A program made the position numbers and the translations under genes. A stretch of 60,626 nt of DNA, taken from assembly GCA_000276965.1 (NCBI GenBank), contig AKKQ01000005.1, forward strand, positions 1 to 60,626, in the 5' to 3' direction. This stretch comes from Thiovulum sp. ES (lineage in GTDB: Bacteria > Campylobacterota > Campylobacteria > Campylobacterales > Thiovulaceae). How positions within the stretch are numbered: the first letter of the stretch is position 1; each line of letters opens with the position of its first letter. Shown here one piece after another: positions 26,777 to 35,554 of this stretch. The notes under the pieces are model-generated. The model was given only the letters and a program-made list of their open reading frames with translations, was not told where the DNA came from and searched no databases.

Positions 26777-28126
26777 CTAGACTCTTCTTTGTAAAAACTC
26801 AATTAGTTTATAGTGTCTATATCTTTGTGAAAAAGTTTCTGTGTTTCTATGTCGCGAATGAAGTTCAACAAGGTTGTTTCCAATTTGATCGATGAGGTCT
26901 TTTGGCAAACCATTAATTTGTTGAAAAATTTTGTAGTTTCCAATATTCCGTGCAAAATGGTAAGCCAGAACTTTTTTAACTCTCCCATCTCCACCATGTG
27001 AATTTACAATCTGTTTAACAAGAGAAGTGTTTCTTTCCAAGTTTCGACTTAAATAATACAAACGAGCAATATTAAATTGTGGATTTCCATTCAACTTATT
27101 TAAAAATTCTTTCAATGAATTAAAGCCTGATGAATCACTCCAGTTTTCAATACTTTCAACAACTTTTTGTTCTTTATCTGAAAAAGAGACTCCTTGATTC
27201 TTTAATTCTGAAATAATGTTTTGTGCTTTTTCTTTACTTTTAAACCTCGGTGGTTCAAGCATTTGTATAAAAAGTCCTTTCATACTCAAAAAATCATAAT
27301 CTGTGTAAGCATCTACAATCTCATCTTCAAAAGAGTTCAGTTTATGGAATTTAGATAGAACTCCACGAACAAGAAAAGGAAGCATATTTTTATCATGTGA
27401 ATTGTTTGCAATAAACTCCATAAGTGCATCAAATCCATCTTCACCGAGATGTTCTAATGATTTAAACCAAATTGCATCTCTGTCTTTGTCATTTTTGTTT
27501 TCTAAAATCCAATTTGCAATATCTCTTTTATCTGAAAGAAGTGTAAAAATACTCTGAAAAAATTGAGAATCTTTTGTTTTGGTGTAATTAAAGATTTCGG
27601 GATTCTTCTTGAATTCACTTTCCAAAAATTGAGGTAAAAGATGCTCTTTTGTTTTCATGTAATCTTTGACAATTCTCTCAAAGCATTCAGTTCGAGATTC
27701 AACCATTTCTGATTTGTTGGCAAAAGTCTTTTTACAATCGTCGAGAGAAGCTTTTTCATTGTAAAGACTGTTGAGAAATTCACGAAAATTTGTATCTGCA
27801 TAAATATTGTTTTCAACAACATCTTTTGAAATTTCTGTGAAATATTGTGGGGGAAGAGATAGGAGTGTCTTTTTGAAAAAATCTTTCACATTTTTGTTTT
27901 GAAAGAAATTTTCTTTAATCAGCCAACTGTTTTTAAGTAAAACTTTGCTGAAGATCTTTGTCCCGTGTTTTTGGGAGAGTGTTTTTAAATCCTGTATTGA
28001 GCTATTTGAGATAGCTTTTCGTATCACTTCATTATCATTTTTACTGATATATAAAGTGTTATCCTTTTCAAAACGGAGGTCGAGAGCTTTTTCCACTTTT
28101 GAGAGTGTTTCCATGCAAGTCTCCAA
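26777..28126 (-). CDS. hypothetical all-helical protein heading the Hsp70 cluster
   Basis: 449-aa ORF, same strand, 60 nt upstream of the Hsp70-vWA gene. No motif I can recognise. The repetitive helical character suggests an ARM/HEAT-like scaffold. Confidence 0.5.
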   Translation of the reverse strand: METCMETLSKVEKALDLRFEKDNTLYISKNDNEVIRKAISNSSIQDLKTLSQKHGTKIFSKVLLKNSWLIKENFFQNKNVKDFFKKTLLSLPPQYFTEISKDVVENNIYADTNFREFLNSLYNEKASLDDCKKTFANKSEMVESRTECFERIVKDYMKTKEHLLPQFLESEFKKNPEIFNYTKTKDSQFFQSIFTLLSDKRDIANWILENKNDKDRDAIWFKSLEHLGEDGFDALMEFIANNSHDKNMLPFLVRGVLSKFHKLNSFEDEIVDAYTDYDFLSMKGLFIQMLEPPRFKSKEKAQNIISELKNQGVSFSDKEQKVVESIENWSDSSGFNSLKEFLNKLNGNPQFNIARLYYLSRNLERNTSLVKQIVNSHGGDGRVKKVLAYHFARNIGNYKIFQQINGLPKDLIDQIGNNLVELHSRHRNTETFSQRYRHYKLIEFLQRRV

Positions 28127-28242
28127 TTATTTTTGAGAATTGTAAAAAATCAGAAAGACAGAAATAGTCTATTTTAATTCTGTTTCTAAACATGGTCTTA
28201 AATTATAAAAAAAAACTATACTTTGTCAAGTTACGGAATTCT

Positions 28243-28416
28243 TTGTTACTTCGTAAAAAACTTTCAATTTTTGACACTCGTGGATACAACGAAAAAGAAC
28301 ATAACTCTTTGATTCAGCAAAAACGAGGTGAATATTTAAAAACTTTAACATCAATGGTAGAAGTTGGATTTGTCAAAGACTATGGTAATTTGAGAGAGGT
28401 TCTTTTTAAAATTTAA
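28243..28416 (+). pseudogene. inverted 3' fragment of the KilA-N-like paralog family
   Basis: Encodes LLRKKLSIFDTRGYNEKEHNSLIQQKRGEYLKTLTSMVEVGFVKDYGNLREVLFKI. This is near-identical to the C-termini of ORFs 54100-54852 and 55735-56655 but on the opposite strand, and the N-terminal body is absent. Confidence 0.7.
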
Positions 28417-28430
28417 ATTTTTTCTACATC

Positions 28431-28454
28431 TTTGTCGGAAAAAGTTCCGACAAA
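28431..28454. terminator. perfect 10-bp hairpin at the 3' end of fliH
   Basis: tttgtcggaa-aaag-ttccgacaaa lies immediately beyond the fliH stop and the fragment stop. The flanks are A/T-rich. Confidence 0.4.
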
Positions 28455-28456
28455 AA

Positions 28457-29284
28457 CTAATCGACTTTTGAGAGAATCGACTCTTTTACAACTTTAAATC
28501 TATCCATAATATTTCCCTCAACTGTTCCGACATCTGAAGAGAGAATTACTCCGCCTCGAGAAATTGCACTATCTAAAATAATTTTAACATTCTCCATTTT
28601 TGATAGTGAAGTTTTTAAATCATCAATATCTCCACTATTTGCATGAATTGTAATTTCTGTCGCTTCATTTAAACTTTTGATAAGAGATTTTGAGAGATTT
28701 ATCGCAACTTGACCGCTATTAAAACTAATTTCACCAGTTAAAACCTCTTTTGCAATTGCAATTGATGTATGAACAAGCTCTTTTTCAAAATTCTCTGAAA
28801 GACTCTCAAATTGAGTTGAAATTGTTTCCAATTTTTTCATTGAATTCCCAAGCCGTTCTAAATTTTGATGATACTTATTTTCATTATTTCTTTCAGCTTG
28901 TAAAATTCCATCATGAACACCTCTTTGGTAAGAATCGTGCTTGATACTTTTTAATTCTGCTTGAAAAAGCTGTTCTTGATTATCAAGTTTGCCTCTTAAA
29001 CTAGCAATTTCATTTGTTAGAATTTCGCTTTTTTGAATTAGAGTCTCAATTAGTTCATCTCGTTTTCTAACAGATTCATTTTCAGAGCTTTGCTTCTGTT
29101 TTACTGGTTCATTTTTTGTTGGAAGTCCAGCTTGAAAATCTTCACTCTCTTTTTTTTCTGGTTGTCTAATTTGAGTTTTTAAAAATGGCTGAAAATCTGT
29201 TCCGCCTTTTGATTCATCTAAATCTACAAATGAAAATTGGACAATTTCGTGTTTCTCTTTGTGGTTTTCTAAAACGACGCCCAT
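28457..29284 (-). CDS. fliH: flagellar export apparatus protein FliH
   Basis: Charged coiled N-terminal half. FliH-type C-terminus (AKEVLTGEISFNSGQVA...ISRGGVILSSDVGTVEGNIMDRF). Confidence 0.65.
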   Translation of the reverse strand: MGVVLENHKEKHEIVQFSFVDLDESKGGTDFQPFLKTQIRQPEKKESEDFQAGLPTKNEPVKQKQSSENESVRKRDELIETLIQKSEILTNEIASLRGKLDNQEQLFQAELKSIKHDSYQRGVHDGILQAERNNENKYHQNLERLGNSMKKLETISTQFESLSENFEKELVHTSIAIAKEVLTGEISFNSGQVAINLSKSLIKSLNEATEITIHANSGDIDDLKTSLSKMENVKIILDSAISRGGVILSSDVGTVEGNIMDRFKVVKESILSKVD

Positions 29285-29672
29285 ATATTTTCTCCGTTTT
29301 TTAAGTTTTCAGAATTAAATAATTTATTTAAATCAGATTTTTGTTTTTTAGTATCTGATTTTGCAGTTGTAAAATATCACTGTTAAAATTGTGATACACA
29401 TCTATGAATTATAACAAAAATCTTTCTCTTAAATTTCTTAGTTTTTACATATGAGTAAAAATGGTTCTGAAACTATTTTAAAATAATAAATCGCTAGTAA
29501 TCTTGTTTTATATCTTTAAACTATTAAAAATATAACCTAGCATTAACAAAACTTAAGATTTTTAGAGTAATTTCGGTAATTTAGTTTCATTTTATCATAG
29601 GTTAAATTTAGTTTCCGTAAAATAGCGAACCATTATAAATTTTGGGTCAAACTTTAAATTGAAAGGTAAGCT

Positions 29673-30173
29673 ATGGCTAACCAAAGCAGAAGAGCTTTTA
29701 TGGGTAAGGTTCTTGGTGCAACGGCTGGTGTTGGTGCGGTTGCATCTCTCTATGCCATGAAACGAACTTGGGATCCACTTCCTAGTGTTATTAGTGCAGG
29801 TTTCACAACTGTTGATTTATCTCCTCTTGAGGCCGGAAAACTTTCTATTATTAAATGGAGAGGAAAACCAGTTTTCTTGTTAAAACATACTCCAGATATT
29901 CAGACTGATACAGCAAGAGATATTGTAATCGGTGAAGATAGATACACTGTTGTTATCGGTCTTTGTACTCACCTTGGTTGTATTCCTGAATGGAAAGAGG
30001 GTGAAAAGATTTTCCACTGTGCTTGTCATGGAGGTCAATATGATCCACATGCACGACAAACTTTTGGACCTCCACCGAGACCACTTGATATTCCTCCGTT
30101 CTCTTTAAATGGAACTTCTCTTACTCTTGGCGATGAAGGCGAAGAGTATAAAAAAATGATGACAATGGCTTAA
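29673..30173 (+). CDS. petA: ubiquinol-cytochrome c reductase Rieske iron-sulfur subunit
   Basis: Tat-type signal SRRAFMGK. Rieske boxes CTHLGC and CACHGG. Confidence 0.95.
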   Translation: MANQSRRAFMGKVLGATAGVGAVASLYAMKRTWDPLPSVISAGFTTVDLSPLEAGKLSIIKWRGKPVFLLKHTPDIQTDTARDIVIGEDRYTVVIGLCTHLGCIPEWKEGEKIFHCACHGGQYDPHARQTFGPPPRPLDIPPFSLNGTSLTLGDEGEEYKKMMTMA

Positions 30174-30185
30174 AGGTAATTTTTT

Positions 30186-31442
30186 ATGGCACATTTTACA
30201 AAAGCAAATAGTGTTGGAGAGTGGTTAGACCAAAGACTAAACACAACAATGCTCACAAAAGTCATGATGACTGAGTATTGGATTCCAAAAGATATTAACT
30301 TCCTCTGGGCAATGGGAATGATCCTTGCCTTTACTTTCAAAATCCTCTTAATTTCTGGTATTTTCTTACTTATGTATTACAAGCCAGATGTTAATATGGC
30401 ATTTGACTCTGTAAATTACACAATTATGCAAGAAGTTGGCTACGGTTGGCTATTCCGACATATTCATGCCGTTGGTGCTTCTGTTGTATTCCTTGTAATC
30501 TATATTCATATGTTTACTGGTATTTACTACGGTTCATACAAAAAAGGTAGAGAGATGATCTGGTTAAGTGGTATGCTACTTCTAGTTCTTTTCTCTGCTG
30601 AAGCATTCTCTGGATATATGCTACCTTGGGGACAAATGAGTTACTGGGCTGCTTATGTAATTACAAACATTTTTGGTGGAATCCCATTTATTGGTGATGA
30701 GCTTGTTGTTTGGATTCGAGGTAACTTTTATGTAGCTGATGCAACTCTTACAAGATTCTTTATGCTTCATGTTCTTCTAGTTCCACTTGCAATTCTTGGT
30801 GGTATCGCATTCCACTTCTATACTTTAAGAATTCCGCATGTTAATAACCAAAAAGGTGAAGAGCTAGACTTTGAAAAAGAGGCTGAAATCTATAAAGAGG
30901 GACACAAAAAAAGAAGTAAAATCATTCCTTTCTGGCCTGTATTTATGGCAAAAGATGTTTTCGTTCTTTCTGTTTTCCTATTCTTCTTCTTCTACTTAGT
31001 TTTCTATAACTATAGTTTTGCAATGGATCCAGTGAATTTTGACCCAGCAAACGGTTTAAAAACTCCTGCACACATCTATCCAGAATGGTATTTCCTTTGG
31101 AGTTACGAAGTTCTTAGAGGATTCTTCTTCGATATTGGTCCTTTCAAAGCTGCGGATATTGGTCTTGCTGCATTTGGATTTGCTCAAATTATTCTTGCTC
31201 TTATTCCTTGGTTAGATAGAAGCCCAACAGTTGCACCTGCAAGTCAAAGACCTTATTTTAAAGTTTGGTTCTGGGTTATGATTATAATCATGATTATTCT
31301 TACAATTTATGGAAAACTTCCTCCAACAGGAACAAATGCATGGATCGGGTTCTACTCAAGTATCGCATTTATTCTACTTTTCCTACTTTTACCAGTGGTA
31401 ACAATTATGGAGAGAAAGAAAACAGCAGGAGGTAACAAATAA
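30186..31442 (+). CDS. petB: cytochrome b subunit of the bc1 complex
   Basis: Polytopic, 418 aa. Cytochrome b blocks WLFRHIHAVGAS, PWGQMSYWAA and IYPEWYFLW. Confidence 0.95.
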   Translation: MAHFTKANSVGEWLDQRLNTTMLTKVMMTEYWIPKDINFLWAMGMILAFTFKILLISGIFLLMYYKPDVNMAFDSVNYTIMQEVGYGWLFRHIHAVGASVVFLVIYIHMFTGIYYGSYKKGREMIWLSGMLLLVLFSAEAFSGYMLPWGQMSYWAAYVITNIFGGIPFIGDELVVWIRGNFYVADATLTRFFMLHVLLVPLAILGGIAFHFYTLRIPHVNNQKGEELDFEKEAEIYKEGHKKRSKIIPFWPVFMAKDVFVLSVFLFFFFYLVFYNYSFAMDPVNFDPANGLKTPAHIYPEWYFLWSYEVLRGFFFDIGPFKAADIGLAAFGFAQIILALIPWLDRSPTVAPASQRPYFKVWFWVMIIIMIILTIYGKLPPTGTNAWIGFYSSIAFILLFLLLPVVTIMERKKTAGGNK

Positions 31443-32305
31443 TGAAAGAATTAAAAATCTTTGGTGTAATTGTTTTCTTTACACTTTTTACATATTGGGG
31501 AGTTGAGCCGTATGCACACTCAATTTTCCACCCACATGTTGAACCTGCTGATTTTGAATTCACAGACCTACCAAAAGTAGAGGCTACTGGCGATGTTGCA
31601 AACGGTAAAGCTCAAGTTGAGATGAACTGTGTTGCTTGTCATGGAATCGAATCTGAAGGTATCAATGCTCCACTTGACAATCAAACTGCTAACATGAGTT
31701 ACGGTGTTGTTCCTCCAGATTTATCTCTTGCAGGGAAAATCTACAATGCAAATTTCCTAGCTAATTTCATCAAAAATCCTGAAGTTGCTACAAAAACTGC
31801 ACACAAATTTTCTGAAGCTGGAAAAGTTCACCCAATGCCTGGTTATGCTTGGATGTCTGATTCTGATATAGCTTCTATTGTTGCTTACCTTCAAGATGTT
31901 GCTAACAGAAAAGTTGAAAAAGATGGTTTAACTGATAAAGAAGTTTTTGAAAATGCTTGTGGTCGATGCCATAACATGAAATATGCGAAAATTGAAGCGA
32001 CAAGTGATGTTTCAAACTATATGGGTTCAACTCCTCCAGATTTATCAGTAATGATTATTTCACGAGGACACCATTATCTTGAAACTTTCATTAATGATCC
32101 TCAAAAACACCTTCACGGAACAGCAATGCCACGAGTTGGTTTAACTGAAGAGGCTCAGGCTCAAGTTATTGCTTACATGGAAGCTACTGGAGATTCTAAG
32201 AAAGAAGAGAGAGAAGCACTTGCTCCTTTAGTTCTTGGTTTCTTAGCAATCATGGCAGTTCTTTCATACTTCTGGAAAAAAGAAGTTTGGGACGAAGTTA
32301 AGTAA
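31442..32305 (+). CDS. petC: diheme cytochrome c subunit of the bc1 complex (epsilonproteobacterial type)
   Basis: Two CxxCH sites (CVACHG, CGRCHN), an N-terminal TM segment and a C-terminal anchor. The start overlaps the petB stop. Confidence 0.9.
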   Translation: MKELKIFGVIVFFTLFTYWGVEPYAHSIFHPHVEPADFEFTDLPKVEATGDVANGKAQVEMNCVACHGIESEGINAPLDNQTANMSYGVVPPDLSLAGKIYNANFLANFIKNPEVATKTAHKFSEAGKVHPMPGYAWMSDSDIASIVAYLQDVANRKVEKDGLTDKEVFENACGRCHNMKYAKIEATSDVSNYMGSTPPDLSVMIISRGHHYLETFINDPQKHLHGTAMPRVGLTEEAQAQVIAYMEATGDSKKEEREALAPLVLGFLAIMAVLSYFWKKEVWDEVK

Positions 32306-32320
32306 TTAACAAATTCCTCT

Positions 32321-32336
32321 TTCCCCTTTCGGGGAA
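32321..32336. terminator. hairpin between convergent petC and the FGE-domain gene
   Basis: ttcccc-tttc-ggggaa followed by an A-run. Plausible bidirectional terminator. Confidence 0.4.
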
Positions 32337-32339
32337 AAA

Positions 32340-34439
32340 TTAAATCTCTCTCAAAACCCTAAATCCAATTGAAGAACTTTTACTATTTTGGTGATATTTT
32401 GCACGATTTGACGGTCGCAAATAAAATCTTTTTGTTTTCCAATCTCCGCCCCGCATACTTTTATAAGAACTTGCTCGTTTTGTCAAATAGTTTCGATTGT
32501 AACTATCACTTGTAAATTCCCAAACATTTCCCGCAATATCATAAACACCAAATGGATTTTGCTCTTTTTGTCCAACTGTATGAATTCCACCACCACTATT
32601 TTCAAAGAACCAAGCATAGTCATCAATTTTTCCAGTTTGCGAAATTTGGTCAAAACTTAATCCACTTTTTGCGACATATTCCCACTCGACTTCAGTTGGC
32701 AAACGATATTTTTCACCACTCTCTTTTGAAAGCCATTCCGCATAAGCAACTGCATCATTCCACGAAATTCCGACAACTGGACAATTATCGTCAAAACAGA
32801 CTTCAGAAAATCTGTTTTCATTTCCAAACCATTCGGGAAAATGTGATTTTGTTGCTTTTGCAAATTCTAAATATTCTCCAACAGTAATTTCATATTTTCC
32901 GATGAAAAAATCATTTTCAATTTTCCAATTTCGTGCGGGTCGTTCATCACTTTCGCCAGAATTTGAACCAAACATAAATTCGCCTTTCTCAATTTTCACA
33001 AAACGATATTTTTGCAACTCTTTTCGCTTTGGTAAATTACGATCTCGAAACTCAATTGAGAGTGAAACCAAAGCACCAGTTCGGTCTGTTCCTGAAACAA
33101 AATAAGGCACAACTTTTGCATCAACATAAAATTTGTCATATTCGACTTCATTCACAATATCTTTTAAAATTGCTTCACCGTTAAAAACGGTCTCGATACT
33201 TTTTGATGTTTTTTGTAGCGATTTGTCAATATCAAGAAAAAGTTCTTTAGCAATTTCCTTGGTTTCACGAACAGCATTTGAGTGTTTTCGGTCATACATT
33301 TCCGCACGAGTAAATTTGATGCTTCGTTTCAACTCAATCAATTCACTTTGCAATAGAAAAAACTTGTCTTCCAAATTTCGCTTTTCACGATTTAAAAGGA
33401 GCAAATCAACTTTCAATTCTTCGACCTCATCGTTAAGTAGTTTTTCAGTATTTTGTAAAATTGCTAAAAGTTCTTTTCGTTTTGAGACTCGCTTAGATAT
33501 TTTTTCTTTGAATTGGAGACTGTTTTTCTCAATTTCCAAAACAACATCTCGACTTTTATTATTGTGTTCCTCGATTGATTTTAAAGCCTGTTCAACACGA
33601 TTCTGAATTGAAAAATCAATCGCAAATTTTGGATACTCTTTTTGGATTTCAGAAAAGACCCGCTCAATATCCCGCTGGTTTTGTATCAAAGTTACATATT
33701 TCACACCAAAATCGGAATGCCCATGTTTGGAAACCGCACTATTTTTTTCATCAAACGGATAAACATCAACAACTGTTCCGTAAATCAAAACTGAAGAGTG
33801 TCTATCTTTTGAAAAGAAAATTTTGTTTGTCGTCTCCGAGCTATCAGAAATCGCAGTTCCCGATGAGGTTGTCCGAATTCTTTGATACAATTTTTTGTCA
33901 AATCGCTTGATGCTTTCAACAAAAATCCCGTTCAACTGATTTATCGCTTCCCGATTTATTTCGCCAACAGCTCTTTCAATAAATTGGTCTCGACTCACCG
34001 AGCGACGATCCTCCACAAATGCAAAAAGATAACCCCGAGTTGAAATATTTGAATTAAATGAAGTCTCTTTTTTTACCAAATTTTCCAATTCTGAGATATG
34101 TTTTTTCTCATTTTGCAAATCTTTTTGAATCTGTTCTAATTTTGCTTCCTTGCTTTTTAAAAGAGTTTTTATCCCTGAAATCTCCTCTTTTTTCTCTTTT
34201 AAAGTTCTGTCCAAATATGAAGCATCAATTGAGAGTCGTAAAGTTTTGCTTTTAAATTTGCTCCGTTCTTCTTCAAGTTGCAAATTTATGTGTTCCAAAA
34301 GCTCTTTTGCCTCATTTTCTCGTAACGACTCATTGTCGATTTTTTGAGCGGTGATTTCGGAAATTGTCTTTGATGTTAGAGATTTAAAATCTTCAGCAAA
34401 AACAAAAATCGGAAATATCAGAAAGAGTAATTTTTTCAT
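32340..34439 (-). CDS. secreted coiled-coil protein with C-terminal FGE-sulfatase (SUMF1/formylglycine-generating enzyme-like) domain
   Basis: Signal peptide MKKLLFLIFPIFVFA. About 450 aa are largely coiled/charged. The C-terminus has FGE-family blocks GISWNDAVAYAEWLS, RLPTEVEWEYVAK, GNVWEFTSD, RGGDW and IGFRV. Confidence 0.8.
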   Translation of the reverse strand: MKKLLFLIFPIFVFAEDFKSLTSKTISEITAQKIDNESLRENEAKELLEHINLQLEEERSKFKSKTLRLSIDASYLDRTLKEKKEEISGIKTLLKSKEAKLEQIQKDLQNEKKHISELENLVKKETSFNSNISTRGYLFAFVEDRRSVSRDQFIERAVGEINREAINQLNGIFVESIKRFDKKLYQRIRTTSSGTAISDSSETTNKIFFSKDRHSSVLIYGTVVDVYPFDEKNSAVSKHGHSDFGVKYVTLIQNQRDIERVFSEIQKEYPKFAIDFSIQNRVEQALKSIEEHNNKSRDVVLEIEKNSLQFKEKISKRVSKRKELLAILQNTEKLLNDEVEELKVDLLLLNREKRNLEDKFFLLQSELIELKRSIKFTRAEMYDRKHSNAVRETKEIAKELFLDIDKSLQKTSKSIETVFNGEAILKDIVNEVEYDKFYVDAKVVPYFVSGTDRTGALVSLSIEFRDRNLPKRKELQKYRFVKIEKGEFMFGSNSGESDERPARNWKIENDFFIGKYEITVGEYLEFAKATKSHFPEWFGNENRFSEVCFDDNCPVVGISWNDAVAYAEWLSKESGEKYRLPTEVEWEYVAKSGLSFDQISQTGKIDDYAWFFENSGGGIHTVGQKEQNPFGVYDIAGNVWEFTSDSYNRNYLTKRASSYKSMRGGDWKTKRFYLRPSNRAKYHQNSKSSSIGFRVLREI

Positions 34440-34551
34440 AAAAAAATCCTTTTGTTTTTCAAATCGTAATTCAGTGAGTCATTTTAAACTATTTGCATTT
34501 TTCATTTTATCTGGTAAAATTTGTTCCCAAAATATCTCTAAAGGATTTAAT

Positions 34552-35076
34552 TTGAATTTGAGTATTGTTGGACGGCATGTCGATTTAAGTGATTCAATCA
34601 AGGAAACTGTTGAATCTGGGGTTGCAATTCTCCAAAAATTTGAGTTAAACATCATCTCGATTAGAGTGATTTTATCGGACGGCGATAAAAAAAGTTTTTC
34701 TGCTGAATTTGCAATTAACATTGCACAAAAAAATTCCATTGTTGTTAAAAGCACTGGAAAAGATTTATATTCGGCTATCGATTCGGCTATTAAAAAAGCG
34801 GAAAAGACTTTGAGACGAGAGCATGACAAGATCAAAGATCATCGCAAAGATTCCATTTCTGAATCTACTTTTAAGCTGATCAGCGAAAAAGAGGAAGATG
34901 AGGTTGTTGAAGATGCAATTATTCCGCAAGAACCACAAATTGACAAACCAATGGAAATCGCTCAAGCTCTTGAACATCTAAAAGATAGCAAAGATAAATT
35001 CTTTGTTTTCTATGACTTTGATGAAAGATTGCGAACAATCTATAAAATTGAAGAGAATAAATACGGTCTCTATTAA
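34552..35076 (+). CDS. hpf: ribosome hibernation promoting factor, long form (start re-set to TTG at 34552)
   Basis: [21 protein letters not shown]... matches the HPF/RaiA N-domain. The C-terminal [25 protein letters not shown] matches the long-HPF dimerisation domain. AAAGGA lies 6 nt upstream. The track ORF start at 34351 would overlap the divergent gene. Confidence 0.85.
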   Translation: MNLSIVGRHVDLSDSIKETVESGVAILQKFELNIISIRVILSDGDKKSFSAEFAINIAQKNSIVVKSTGKDLYSAIDSAIKKAEKTLRREHDKIKDHRKDSISESTFKLISEKEEDEVVEDAIIPQEPQIDKPMEIAQALEHLKDSKDKFFVFYDFDERLRTIYKIEENKYGLY

Positions 35077-35144
35077 AAATTTCACTTTCTTTAAAGTTTA
35101 AGATACAATTCGTTTTAAATTTTTATAGAAAGTGGGTAATTAAT

Positions 35145-35357
35145 TTGCCTGGAATCACTCTTCGACAAGATGACAACTTCGATATTGCATATAGAAGATT
35201 CAAAAAACAAGTTGATAGAAATCTAATCGTTACAGAAGCTAGAGCTAGACGGTTCTACGAAACAGCTACTGAAAAACGAAAGAAACAAAAGATTTCTGCT
35301 CGAAAGAAAATTTTGAAAAGACTTTATATGATGAGAAGATACGAGTCAAGACTGTAA
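35145..35357 (+). CDS. rpsU: 30S ribosomal protein S21
   Basis: 70 aa, basic. Typical S21 sequence ([28 protein letters not shown]). Confidence 0.95.
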   Translation: MPGITLRQDDNFDIAYRRFKKQVDRNLIVTEARARRFYETATEKRKKQKISARKKILKRLYMMRRYESRL

Positions 35358-35554
35358 ATAGTTCTACCTTCGATGGTAGTTATTTAAAAATAGAAGCCTT
35401 TTTATTAAATCGGTTTCTATTTCAAATCCAAAAAAACATTCAATTTTTCCAATAATTTTCAAATTTTAATTTTGTATAATCTTTTTACCATTCATTTAAA
35501 AATTAAAAATCGGTTTTCAAAATTTTGCGAAACTGAATTTGTAGAGGAGAAAAA

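Noticed and set aside
33133-33910. 157-aa and 111-aa plus-strand ORFs inside the FGE-domain gene, and comparable antisense ORFs at 36839-37300, 39463-39795, 44426-44857 and 32552-32887
   Set aside because: They are antisense to well-supported genes (FGE-domain protein, nspC, ftsX, ftsZ). They have biased composition and no independent start or RBS context.
34351-34551. N-terminal 67 codons of the track ORF 34351-35076
   Set aside because: This stretch overlaps the 5' end of the divergent gene 32340-34439 and has no HPF similarity. The HPF homology begins at MNLSIVGRH (TTG at 34552), which has a proper AAAGGA upstream.
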